From: a virus
Reading direction: 5' to 3' (one strand)
DNA: 64,000 bases
Virus record (IMG/VR): IMGVR_UViG_3300034954_001721
Both the position numbers and the translations under genes were made by a program. Below, one piece after another: positions 8,293-16,912 of this stretch; the stretch's first letter is position 1, and every line of letters starts with the position of its first letter. The notes below the pieces were generated by a model, which searched no databases, was not told the DNA's origin, and saw only the letters and a list, made by a program, of their open reading frames with translations.

Positions 8293-8318
8293 AACCTCCC
8301 TAAAGGGAGGTTTTTTTA
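8293..8318 (+). terminator. Rho-independent terminator
   Basis: AACCTCCC-TAAA-GGGAGGTT followed by T run. Confidence 0.85.
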
Positions 8319-8371
8319 TGGTTTAATTTGGATTAACCATGTTAAAATAGTAAGGTCATTTGACAAAACCG

Positions 8372-8566
8372 ATGAAAAAGTATTTAAGAGCATTCTTAAA
8401 TCCAATAACTCAGATTAATATAATGATTCTGGGTTTTTTAATACTTGTTCAGGTTATACATACCAGAGCACATCATACTCTAGAGACTGATGTCCATGGG
8501 CATGTTCATAGAGCACTAAAAGCAAACCCAGAAATGGCACGATCTACCTGCTACGAACTTGACTAA
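8372..8566 (+). CDS. Small TM hypothetical protein
   Basis: MKKYLRAF... with a hydrophobic helix. Confidence 0.55.
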   Translation: MKKYLRAFLNPITQINIMILGFLILVQVIHTRAHHTLETDVHGHVHRALKANPEMARSTCYELD

Positions 8567-8805
8567 TGAAGAAGAAAGTAAAAAAAATGATGGAATGGTT
8601 CTATGATGAATCATATAGAGGAGGACAAAACATTGCAGAATGCAAAAATCTTTATGATCTTGTAGAAAAACTGCAGTGTCGTCTAGAAGATGTGGAAAAT
8701 GATTATCTGCACTTATGTCGTGAAATTGCTATACATCGACGTGAAATTGGTAGATTACAAGGTATACTAGATACGTTAGAATCTCGGTTACCTGATGAAG
8801 ATTAA
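8566..8805 (+). CDS. Hypothetical coiled-coil protein
   Basis: TAATG coupling. Confidence 0.55.
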   Translation: MKKKVKKMMEWFYDESYRGGQNIAECKNLYDLVEKLQCRLEDVENDYLHLCREIAIHRREIGRLQGILDTLESRLPDED

Positions 8806-8980
8806 TCTGTGGTATTCAAAGAGTATGTCTCAGTGGCGTTGGACACTTGTGGAAGAGTGGAGAAACGGCGTCACTAAGACCGAACAACACTCTGGACAAC
8901 AACCGATGTTGCGTGATGCAATGGAAGATGTTGCCAAAACTGTAGAGTATATGTTAAAATATGAGGAGAAGGGCGATTAG
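8795..8980 (+). CDS. Hypothetical cyanophage protein
   Basis: MKINLWYSKSMSQWRWTL; stop lies inside tRNA-Val. Confidence 0.6.
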   Translation: MKINLWYSKSMSQWRWTLVEEWRNGVTKTEQHSGQQPMLRDAMEDVAKTVEYMLKYEEKGD

Positions 8981-9042
8981 CGCAGCGGTAGCGCAGCTGC
9001 TTTACACGCAGTTGGTCATTGGTTCGAATCCGATATTGCCCA
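8971..9042 (+). tRNA. tRNA-Val(TAC)
   Basis: GGGCGAT/ATTGCCC acceptor; loop TTTACAC. Confidence 0.93.
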
Positions 9043-9050
9043 TATAAATA
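9043..9050 (+). promoter_or_regulatory. T4 late promoter TATAAATA
   Basis: Exact consensus. Confidence 0.6.
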
Positions 9051-9094
9051 GATGTGGAAAGACTTCTGTGAAGGAAGGAACACATTATAAAAAC

Positions 9095-9349
9095 ATGGAT
9101 AATGTTAAAATAAGATGCCGCTCCTGTGGTAAGGAGTTAATTGGGCATCCAAGTAGGACTGTTTGTTGTGGTTGCCCAAATATGACAACTATTCGTGGAG
9201 ATAGAATCTCTGCAGTTGACTTAGGTCAAGTTATCATGTTAAACTCTTATACAAGTAAAAAAGAAACCGTTCTTACTCAGCAAGATATTGAGTGGCAAGA
9301 ACAAAGAAGACAACGCAAAGTTCGTAAAATGAATTTTGAAGTTCGTTAG
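9095..9349 (+). CDS. Zn-ribbon-like hypothetical protein
   Basis: CRSC...CGCPN. Confidence 0.65.
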   Translation: MDNVKIRCRSCGKELIGHPSRTVCCGCPNMTTIRGDRISAVDLGQVIMLNSYTSKKETVLTQQDIEWQEQRRQRKVRKMNFEVR

Positions 9350-9420
9350 GAAACTCACACATTAGTGCATGATTAGAAGTACTTACTATAATAGCTAGTA
9401 TGTATTTTAAACTAAAACAA

Positions 9421-9582
9421 ATGGACAAAACATCCTATGAAAATTGGGTGAGAGTCAAAGAATCTTTAGAAGAGTCAGGAAGTACGGACAATTTCTATTA
9501 TAGGAGAGCTTGTGCTATAGTATCGGGAGGACCCGATCCAATGGAAAATCTGCCCAATGTCGCACAGGATGGATCAAATTAA
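9421..9582 (+). CDS. Hypothetical protein
   Basis: MDKTSYENWVRVKE... Confidence 0.55.
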   Translation: MDKTSYENWVRVKESLEESGSTDNFYYRRACAIVSGGPDPMENLPNVAQDGSN

Positions 9583-9778
9583 ACCAGCTCACTATGTCAC
9601 TCGCGAAGAGTGTCAGGAGATGATAGATGCTGCAATAAGACAACATAATCGTAATGCTTCAATTATTTCAATGTGTGTTGGATGGGTTGTTCTTGCACTT
9701 TTTGCTGAGGGTTTACTTCGACTCATCGGCGTGATTGATCCAATTTTTCCCTGGTTAAAAATCACACTACAGTCTTAA
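9557..9778 (+). CDS. Small TM hypothetical protein
   Basis: IDAAIRQHNRNA followed by a hydrophobic helix. Confidence 0.6.
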   Translation: MSHRMDQIKPAHYVTREECQEMIDAAIRQHNRNASIISMCVGWVVLALFAEGLLRLIGVIDPIFPWLKITLQS

Positions 9779-9901
9779 ATGAACGCTGACGAAAAAAGAG
9801 AGTTCTATAAAGGACTCCGCGAGCGCATCAAACAACTTAGAATAGAACACTTATTTGAAGAACCTTGTCCTTTATATGAGGATACAGATGAAGAAACTTA
9901 A
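9779..9901 (+). CDS. 40 aa hypothetical peptide (not in ORF track)
   Basis: MNADEKREFYKGLRERIKQLRIEHLFEEPCPLYEDTDEET fills the gap exactly. Confidence 0.5.
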   Translation: MNADEKREFYKGLRERIKQLRIEHLFEEPCPLYEDTDEET

Positions 9902-10493
9902 TACGTTTACATTAAATATCACAGTTGCTATCTTAAACTTCCTGTATCAAGGTCGTCACTTTCAGAGATTCTGGGTACTTGAGGAGATAGCACGGGCACC
10001 ATACTTTGCTTTTTTAAGTGTGCTTCACTTACGTGAATCATTAGGTTTGCGTGGACAGTGGCACATTTATTTGATGAAACAGCACTTCGAGCAATCGGTC
10101 AATGAAACAGAACATCTGGAAATCATGGAATCTAGGGGCGGTAATGCTTATTGGATTGATCGCTTTTTTGCCAGACACCTCGTACTTGTCTATTATTGGA
10201 TCAACGTGGTTTATTATTGGTTATCTCCTCGCGCTGCTTACCATCTCTCCTACGAAATAGAACTTCATGCTATGGAAACCTATGCAAAGTATCTTGCAGA
10301 GATTGATGGATCTGATATAGATATATGCAGTGTGATGAATGATGAATTGCATCACGCTCAAGAATTGTATGAGGCAATGAATATCATTGATCCTGATCAT
10401 TTAACAGTAAGAGAGGAAAATCGCAAACCATTTCCACCGGATATAAGTGATTTAAGTTCAGTAAAATTAGTATCATCAGTAGAACAACAATGA
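9888..10493 (+). CDS. ptoX: Plastoquinol terminal oxidase (PTOX)
   Basis: RFWVLEEIARAPYF, NETEHL, EIELHA, DELHH di-iron motifs. Confidence 0.93.
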   Translation: MKKLNTFTLNITVAILNFLYQGRHFQRFWVLEEIARAPYFAFLSVLHLRESLGLRGQWHIYLMKQHFEQSVNETEHLEIMESRGGNAYWIDRFFARHLVLVYYWINVVYYWLSPRAAYHLSYEIELHAMETYAKYLAEIDGSDIDICSVMNDELHHAQELYEAMNIIDPDHLTVREENRKPFPPDISDLSSVKLVSSVEQQ

Positions 10494-11536
10494 AAGTAGG
10501 AATTATTGGTTTAGGTAGAATGGGTGAGGGTATGTCCCGCCGTATGATGAAAGAAGGTATTGAAGTTTGGGGTTATAGACGAAATTATGAAAAAGCACAA
10601 GAGGCATTTGAAAAGGGATACGTAAGTGGAGTTGCTACCACTTTAGAAAATCTTGTTCAGATAGTTAAAACAGATGGAAAGATGTATACCAGTGGTGGTG
10701 AAGTTCCTGGTATTTTTCAACTTGTTATTCCTGCAGAATTAGTAGAGGACACATTAAATGAGTTACTACCATTACTTGGCGACGGGGATATTATTATTGA
10801 TCATGGCAATAGCAACTTTAAGGATTCTAGACGGAGAGCAGAAAGGCTTGCTAAGTTGGGTATCCAATATCTTGACTGCGGTACTAGTGGTGGAGTTTAC
10901 GGTCTGGAGCGTGGATACTGTCTTATGGTTGGTGGTGCAACTGGAGCAGTATCTGTCTGTGCCCCCATTTTCAGGGCACTTGCACCTGGTATTACCGCTG
11001 CAACCCGCACAGACCCCCGCACTAGGGCAACCAGTGCTGAGTATGGTTGGTTACACTGCGGAGGTCCTGGAGCAGGTCATTTCGTAAAAATGGTTCACAA
11101 CGGAGTCGAATATGGAATCATGCAAGCGTATGCAGAAGGGTTTAATATTCTCCATCATGGTAATCTTGGTTCCAAATATGTTAAGGAAGGGGATGCTGAG
11201 GTTGCTCCGATGGAAAATCCAGCAGACTATCAATATGATGTTGATGTTGTTGAAGTTGCTGAGCTCTGGCGTCGTGGTTCTGTTGTTGGTAGCTGGTTAC
11301 TTGACCTTACCGCTGATGTATTACGGCATGACCATGACCTTAGCAAGTTCGATGGGGGAGTATCAGACTCTGGTGAGGGTCGTTGGACTCTCCACGCTGC
11401 TGTGGATCTTGGTGTACCCACACCTGTTATCTCTGCCGCACTATTTGAACGGTTTAATTCTCGCAGACTGGGGGAGTTTGGAAACAAAATCTTGAACGGA
11501 ATGCGTTACATGTTCGGAGGTCATCATGTTCGCTAA
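10490..11536 (+). CDS. gnd: 6-phosphogluconate dehydrogenase
   Basis: IGLGRMG, GHFVKMVHNGVEYG, DSGEGRW, MRYMFGGH. Confidence 0.97.
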   Translation: MKVGIIGLGRMGEGMSRRMMKEGIEVWGYRRNYEKAQEAFEKGYVSGVATTLENLVQIVKTDGKMYTSGGEVPGIFQLVIPAELVEDTLNELLPLLGDGDIIIDHGNSNFKDSRRRAERLAKLGIQYLDCGTSGGVYGLERGYCLMVGGATGAVSVCAPIFRALAPGITAATRTDPRTRATSAEYGWLHCGGPGAGHFVKMVHNGVEYGIMQAYAEGFNILHHGNLGSKYVKEGDAEVAPMENPADYQYDVDVVEVAELWRRGSVVGSWLLDLTADVLRHDHDLSKFDGGVSDSGEGRWTLHAAVDLGVPTPVISAALFERFNSRRLGEFGNKILNGMRYMFGGHHVR

Positions 11537-11654
11537 TGTACTTCTTTGGATAGCAGTTCCCTTTGTATGCACAACTGTATTCTTTGGGTTCTTCAAAGGA
11601 GAAAATGTCTATTATGAATCAGATAAGTATGACGGAAATGGAACCGCACACTAG
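11526..11654 (+). CDS. ndhP: NdhP-like small subunit of NDH-1L (42 aa; not in ORF track)
   Basis: MFANVLLWIAVPFVCTTVFFGFFKGENVYYESDKYDGNGTAH: single TM with P, then FFG...YY-SD-Y-GNG-AH C-terminus typical of NdhP. Confidence 0.8.
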   Translation: MFANVLLWIAVPFVCTTVFFGFFKGENVYYESDKYDGNGTAH

Positions 11655-12972
11655 TGGAATAGTGATCTTCGGAGCAACGGGAGACCTTTGTAAGAAGAAA
11701 CTAATACCAGCACTTTACAATCTTTGGAAGAAAGATTTACTTCCAGAAAATTTTTTAATTACTGGTTCTGCTAGAAGAGAACCAACACCAGAGCAGTGGA
11801 AACAAAGTTTGGGTGATTATCCATCCGAATTCTTGTGGCATTTAGATTATGTTTCTACAGATCTTTCAATGCCAAACACTCTGATGCATTTGCCAAATGA
11901 TCTGGAAGACACGACTTATTTCTTATCTGTCCCACCAGAAAGGTATGAAAATGCAATCATCAATCTTAAAGAAGCTGGTTTCTTGGATGACCCTGAGCAC
12001 TCCCGAGTGGTTATCGAGAAACCCTTTGGGCACAATTATAAATCTGCTGATCATTTACAGTCAGTGGTGGAGCGACATCTACGCGAAAAGCAAGTCTATC
12101 GCATTGATCATTATCTCGGCAAAGATACTGTTAATAACATCCTTGCCACCCGCTTTAGCAATATTTTATTGGAACCACTTTGGAATAGGCAGTACATAGA
12201 AGAAGTGCAAATCTTTGCAACTGAAAAAATCAGTTGTGATGGTCGATCACAATACTATGAGACTGCTGGTGCAGTTCGTGATATGTTGCAGAACCATATT
12301 CTTCAGGTTCTTGCACTAATCGCTATGGAACCACCTTGCAAAATGGATGCAAGAGAAGTTCGTCGTGAAAAGACAAAAGTTCTTGCTGCTACTCGTTTAG
12401 GGGAGGATACGATCTTTGGACAATACGAACAATACCGCACTGAAGAGGGTGTTGATCCTCACAGTAGCACTCCTACCTTCGTTGCTGGTTCTCTTTATGT
12501 CGATAACTGGCGTTGGGAAGGAGTTCCTTTTCGCGTTCTGACAGGTAAATGTATGCCTTATGGGTGTGTAGAAGTTGTAATTAAATTTAAATCACCACCA
12601 AGACAGTTGTTTGATGGTGAAACAAACGATCGCATTGTGATAAGACTTCAACCACATGCACATTTGGATATGAGAATTGATATTAAAGCGCCAGGATTAA
12701 CAGATCATGTTGAAACTGCAACACTAACTCACAGATATCCTGATTGGTTGGGTGTTGATGGATATGAGAAACTTCTTTTTGATGCTATTAATGATAATCA
12801 ATCTAATTTTGTTCACGCTGATGAAGTGATGGAGTCTTGGCGTATTGTTGAGGATTTACTTTGTACTGGTGATGAGTGTACTATTTGTACTACTCCTCAC
12901 ATTTACTCTTCTGGTAGTTGGGGACCTAGAGAAGAGGTAAATAAAATTACTGATTGGGATTTTCCAGCATGA
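11629..12972 (+). CDS. zwf: Glucose-6-phosphate dehydrogenase
   Basis: IFGATGDL, EKPFG, RIDHYLGK; start at 11629 or 11638. Confidence 0.97.
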   Translation: MTEMEPHTSGIVIFGATGDLCKKKLIPALYNLWKKDLLPENFLITGSARREPTPEQWKQSLGDYPSEFLWHLDYVSTDLSMPNTLMHLPNDLEDTTYFLSVPPERYENAIINLKEAGFLDDPEHSRVVIEKPFGHNYKSADHLQSVVERHLREKQVYRIDHYLGKDTVNNILATRFSNILLEPLWNRQYIEEVQIFATEKISCDGRSQYYETAGAVRDMLQNHILQVLALIAMEPPCKMDAREVRREKTKVLAATRLGEDTIFGQYEQYRTEEGVDPHSSTPTFVAGSLYVDNWRWEGVPFRVLTGKCMPYGCVEVVIKFKSPPRQLFDGETNDRIVIRLQPHAHLDMRIDIKAPGLTDHVETATLTHRYPDWLGVDGYEKLLFDAINDNQSNFVHADEVMESWRIVEDLLCTGDECTICTTPHIYSSGSWGPREEVNKITDWDFPA

Positions 12973-13172
12973 GAATACAAATTTTAGAAGCACTCAAAGC
13001 AGATGCTAAAGGCAACATTGAAAAAGCAAGATTAAATATTGAAATTTATCTAAAGAATCCTGTGGGTATTGGGGAGCATCCAGATGTTCTCGCTGCTATT
13101 CAAGATCAAATTGATATTATTGCCCATGAAGAAGAGCGTATTGAAGTATTAGAAAAGTATTTTGATTCATGA
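12969..13172 (+). CDS. Conserved phage hypothetical protein
   Basis: YLKNPVGIGEHPDV motif. Confidence 0.65.
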   Translation: MRIQILEALKADAKGNIEKARLNIEIYLKNPVGIGEHPDVLAAIQDQIDIIAHEEERIEVLEKYFDS

Positions 13173-13255
13173 TTACATTTATGTTTGTATTTGCTTTTAT
13201 TTCGTTGCTTGTTTTTGGTATGGAGTTAACCTGGCCAATAAAACAACATAAGTAA
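13169..13255 (+). CDS. 28 aa hydrophobic peptide
   Basis: MITFMFVFAFISLLVFGMELTWPIKQHK; ATGA coupling. Confidence 0.45.
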   Translation: MITFMFVFAFISLLVFGMELTWPIKQHK

Positions 13256-13256
13256 A

Positions 13257-13418
13257 ATGATCCATAAAGTTGCACATTTTGCTGCATGGACTTTAAACAA
13301 TCCTTGGACACTAGGACCAATGTGTTTGGCACTAGTGTTTGTTCCTATTTTGGGAATGCATCTGGTTCATAAGTATGGATGGGAACACTGGGAACCGTTT
13401 GCCAAACCCCACAAATAG
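13257..13418 (+). CDS. 53 aa membrane peptide
   Basis: ...LVFVPILGMHLVHKYGWEHWEPF. Confidence 0.55.
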   Translation: MIHKVAHFAAWTLNNPWTLGPMCLALVFVPILGMHLVHKYGWEHWEPFAKPHK

Positions 13419-13503
13419 TGCTATACTAAACGGGTTGAGACACAACTCAACTGCGGTGACCTCCTTGGTAGTTCAGGGTTAGCGGCGATAGGAACTACCA
13501 CAA

Positions 13504-13577
13504 CGGGGTGTAGCGCAGTTTGGTAGCGCGGTGCTTTTGGGAAGCATAGGTCGCAGGTTCAAATCCTGTCTCCCCGA
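13504..13577 (+). tRNA. tRNA-Pro(TGG)
   Basis: CGGGGTG acceptor; loop TTTGGGA; T6:T67 mismatch. Confidence 0.92.
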
Positions 13578-13600
13578 TCGCCAGATTCTTATCTGGCATC

Positions 13601-13629
13601 TTGACTATATAAAGTCAAAACCTTATAAT
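13601..13629 (+). promoter_or_regulatory. Sigma70-like early promoter
   Basis: TTGACT-N17-TATAAT. Confidence 0.75.
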
Positions 13630-13652
13630 ACAAGGGTAAACCAAACACAACA

Positions 13653-13871
13653 ATGGCACTGACTGAAAAATTCAAAAAAGACATTAGCACTCTTCGTGCT
13701 GCTGCGACTGGCGAAATTTTCCTTGATGTAAAGAATCCGAAACTTTTCAAAAAGGTACGCCGCTTCTACGAAAAAGAAGGAGTGGTGTTTTCAGGAGAAC
13801 CACTAGATGATTATGAAATGTTGATGGAACAGATTTACACTGATCTTGAAACTGTTGAGGTTACTCAATGA
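13653..13871 (+). CDS. Conserved cyanophage hypothetical protein
   Basis: LDVKNPKLFKKVRRFY. Confidence 0.65.
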   Translation: MALTEKFKKDISTLRAAATGEIFLDVKNPKLFKKVRRFYEKEGVVFSGEPLDDYEMLMEQIYTDLETVEVTQ

Positions 13872-14131
13872 GTATTATGAAAAAACCAACTGTTCTTTTT
13901 GAGCGGTTTCCTTATCGTTATGTTGAGTGTGGCACATTGGAAATCAACGGTATGCCAGACTATCGTATTCAAAAAGCAAATGAGTATACCAAGCGTTACT
14001 CCGACATGTATCTTCTAGACAATCAGATGCAACTTTTGACTGCTATAGAAGACTTTGAATACACTAAATGGTTGGACCCTGAAGGTGTTCCTGCCTATAT
14101 CAAAGACACAGTATCTTCAACTCACAATTGA
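13868..14131 (+). CDS. Conserved cyanophage hypothetical protein
   Basis: RFPYRYV...NGMPDYRIQK. Confidence 0.65.
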   Translation: MSIMKKPTVLFERFPYRYVECGTLEINGMPDYRIQKANEYTKRYSDMYLLDNQMQLLTAIEDFEYTKWLDPEGVPAYIKDTVSSTHN

Positions 14132-14697
14132 TGGTAACAGATATACAGAAAATTCATGAACGTCAGAGTATCATCGTAATTGATGATTACTTATCAAAAT
14201 CTGAGTTGGAAAAATTTCAAAAGTATTTCTACGAAAAAGTTGGAGATGTTTTTGGCAACAAGATGGAGAAACCTTCAAGTCGTCAATGGTTTGATTGTTG
14301 GGACGAACATAAATTTTCTGATATTTGTAAGGACTTATTTTTACTTAGTTCACAATATTTTGATACTTCCAAATGTATTGGATATGAGTTCTGGGTAAGA
14401 AAGAATAGTAGACCAGATTCTTGGCATTTTGATATTGATGAAAAAGCAGAAGAACTTGGTAAAACATCATATCCTGTATGTACTATAATCTTTTATCCAG
14501 AAGTCAGTCATTTAAATGGTGGTCGCATTCACATTGAAGATACTATCATTACACCTAAAACAAACAGGGTAATTATTTTCTCTGCAAATGTCGAACACTT
14601 TGTTGAAGAGTTTACTGGTAAAAGATGTGGTATACTAATTCTTCCTAGAGAAATATCTCTAATTAAGAAGGAGATATTTATTGAAGACTGTGATTAG
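14128..14697 (+). CDS. 2OG-Fe(II) oxygenase
   Basis: WHFDIDE, IFYP, GGRI, PKTNRVIIF, HFVE. Confidence 0.8.
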   Translation: MMVTDIQKIHERQSIIVIDDYLSKSELEKFQKYFYEKVGDVFGNKMEKPSSRQWFDCWDEHKFSDICKDLFLLSSQYFDTSKCIGYEFWVRKNSRPDSWHFDIDEKAEELGKTSYPVCTIIFYPEVSHLNGGRIHIEDTIITPKTNRVIIFSANVEHFVEEFTGKRCGILILPREISLIKKEIFIEDCD

Positions 14698-14900
14698 TCG
14701 CGGAGTGACTATAAACCTGCCCTGGTCGGTGAAGGATCCCCTTCAATCCCGAAGTTTCCTAGTTCTTAAAACTAGGTGGTGGAGTCATTAGACCCTCTTA
14801 GAGTTTCTTGTTTCTTTCAAAAGCAAGTGGTGCGGATGGGGTTTTATACTCCCGCTCTGTTTCTTGCTTCAGAACAAAGAGCAAGTGGCGTGCATGTAAA
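14697..14900 (+). ncRNA. manA/wcaG-type cyanophage cis-regulatory RNA with three GTTTC-hairpin-TGGYG modules
   Basis: Repeats at 14751-14786, 14801-14840 and 14857-14896 upstream of gmd-fcl; which Rfam family is not verified. Confidence 0.7.
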
Positions 14901-14908
14901 GACCTAAT

Positions 14909-14944
14909 AGGATGGTTGCATAAACCGTCCTTTTTTAGTATAAT
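14909..14944 (+). promoter_or_regulatory. Terminator hairpin overlapping a sigma70 promoter
   Basis: AGGATGGTT/AACCGTCCT plus T run; TTGCAT-N17-TATAAT (14916-14944). Confidence 0.65.
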
Positions 14945-14964
14945 AGTAAAAAGTATTATTGTAG

Positions 14965-15966
14965 ATGAAAGTTGCTTTAATTACAGGAATTACAGGACAA
15001 GACGGGTCATATTTGGCAGAACTTCTTCTTGAGAAAGGATATGAAGTTCATGGTATTGTTCGTCGTGCTTCTCTGATTAATACACATCGTATTGATCACA
15101 TCTACGATCAACTGCATCTTCACTATGGTGATTTGACTGATTCTACTAACCTTGTGAGGGTTATTCAGCAAGTTCAACCAGATGAAATCTATAACCTTGG
15201 TGCTCAGAGTCACGTCAAGGTATCTTTTGAGATGCCTGAATATACAGGACAGACTGATGCTTTGGGAACTCTTCGTGTTCTGGAAGCAGTTCGTCTTCTG
15301 GGTATGGAAGATAAAGTTCGTATCTATCAGGCATCTACCAGTGAACTCTATGGTCTGGTGCAAGAAATTCCTCAGAAAGAGACAACACCTTTTTATCCAC
15401 GTTCTCCATATGGTGTAGCAAAACTTTATGGTTATTGGATTATCAAGAACTATCGTGAAGCATATGGAATGCATTGTAGTTCTGGTATTCTCTTCAATCA
15501 CGAATCACCACGACGGGGCGAGACTTTTGTAACTCGTAAGATTACTCGCGGTCTGTCACAAATTTCTGTTGGTCTTCAAGACTGTCTGTATCTTGGTAAT
15601 CTTAATGCTAGGAGAGACTGGGGTCATGCAAAAGACTTTGTGGAAGCAATGTGGTTGATGCTCCAACAAGATGAACCTGATGATTATGTGATTGCCACTG
15701 GTGAGCAGTATTCTGTTCGGGACTTTGTTGATGCTGCTGCACCCATCTTTGGTATGAAGATTGAGTGGATGGGTGAAGGTCTCAATGAAGTTGGTTATGA
15801 TTGGAATACAAAGAGACCAGTCATTAAAGTAGACCCTAAATATTTCCGACCTACTGAGGTTGAAACTTTGTTAGGTGACGCCACAAAGGCGAAGGAAAAA
15901 CTGGGTTGGGAACCCAAGACTTCTTTTAAAGAATTAGTTGAGGATATGTGTATCTATGGACAGTGA
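14965..15966 (+). CDS. gmd: GDP-mannose 4,6-dehydratase
   Basis: [36 protein letters not shown]. Confidence 0.97.
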   Translation: MKVALITGITGQDGSYLAELLLEKGYEVHGIVRRASLINTHRIDHIYDQLHLHYGDLTDSTNLVRVIQQVQPDEIYNLGAQSHVKVSFEMPEYTGQTDALGTLRVLEAVRLLGMEDKVRIYQASTSELYGLVQEIPQKETTPFYPRSPYGVAKLYGYWIIKNYREAYGMHCSSGILFNHESPRRGETFVTRKITRGLSQISVGLQDCLYLGNLNARRDWGHAKDFVEAMWLMLQQDEPDDYVIATGEQYSVRDFVDAAAPIFGMKIEWMGEGLNEVGYDWNTKRPVIKVDPKYFRPTEVETLLGDATKAKEKLGWEPKTSFKELVEDMCIYGQ

Positions 15967-16912
15967 AAGTCGTGTATACGTCGCTGGTAACACAGGACTA
16001 GTAGGATCAGCAATTGTTCGTATGCTCCATCGGAAGGGGTATACAAACATCTTTTCAACTCCATCAAGTCATTTTGACTTGCGGCGACAAGATGATGTTG
16101 AAAGGTTTTTCAAGAATAACGAACCTGAATACGTCTACCTTGCTGCTGCGAAGGTTGGTGGTATTGGTGCAAACAAAGATTATCCTGGACATTTCATCTA
16201 TGATAATCTGATGATTCAGTCAAACATCATTCACGCTGCAAGAAAGTTTGGTGTTAAGAAACTCTTGTTCCTTGGGTCTTCCTGCATCTATCCAAAGATG
16301 TGCGAACAACCTATTAAAGAAGAGTATCTGATGACAGGTCCTCTGGAACCAACAAATGATGCCTATGCTATCGCTAAGATTGCTGGTATCAAAATGTGCC
16401 AGGCATATCGTAAGCAGTATGGATTCAATGCAATCTCTCTGATGCCTACGAATCTATATGGTCCTAATGATAACTTTGATCTTGAAACGTCACACGTTCT
16501 TCCTGCATTAATTCGTAAACTTGATGCTGGGAAATCTAATATTGGTCACGATCTTGGTGGTTCTTATCAGTATCCAGTAACCCTTTGGGGTGATGGTTCT
16601 CCGATGCGTGAGTTTCTTCACGTTGATGATTTAGCAGATGCTTGTTTTACTGCTATGTTGAATTATGATGGATCAGAACCTATTAATGTAGGAACTGGTG
16701 AAGATGTGACTATTAAAGAACTTGCGAACATTATTTCTAATGTTGTTGGATTCACTGGAGGTATTGATTGGGACACGTCAAAACCAAATGGTACACCACG
16801 TAAAGTTCTCAATGTGGATAAGATGAAGTCACTTGGTTGGCAACCTAAGATTAATCTTAAAGAAGGTATTAAATCAACTTACGAATGGTATAAAGATTAT
16901 GCTTGCAAATGA
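15956..16912 (+). CDS. fcl: GDP-L-fucose synthase
   Basis: [39 protein letters not shown]. Confidence 0.95.
   Translation: MDSESRVYVAGNTGLVGSAIVRMLHRKGYTNIFSTPSSHFDLRRQDDVERFFKNNEPEYVYLAAAKVGGIGANKDYPGHFIYDNLMIQSNIIHAARKFGVKKLLFLGSSCIYPKMCEQPIKEEYLMTGPLEPTNDAYAIAKIAGIKMCQAYRKQYGFNAISLMPTNLYGPNDNFDLETSHVLPALIRKLDAGKSNIGHDLGGSYQYPVTLWGDGSPMREFLHVDDLADACFTAMLNYDGSEPINVGTGEDVTIKELANIISNVVGFTGGIDWDTSKPNGTPRKVLNVDKMKSLGWQPKINLKEGIKSTYEWYKDYACK

Noticed and set aside
13466-13500. SRP (4.5S) RNA
   Set aside because: CAGG...AGCGGC is reminiscent, but the GNRA-capped helix and long stem are absent
14751-14896. Mini CRISPR array
   Set aside because: Repeats are degenerate with covarying stems, spacers are too short and irregular, and no cas genes are present
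14808-15032. 74 aa ORF upstream of gmd
   Set aside because: Overlaps the structured RNA, terminator and gmd start; TTG start with no motif
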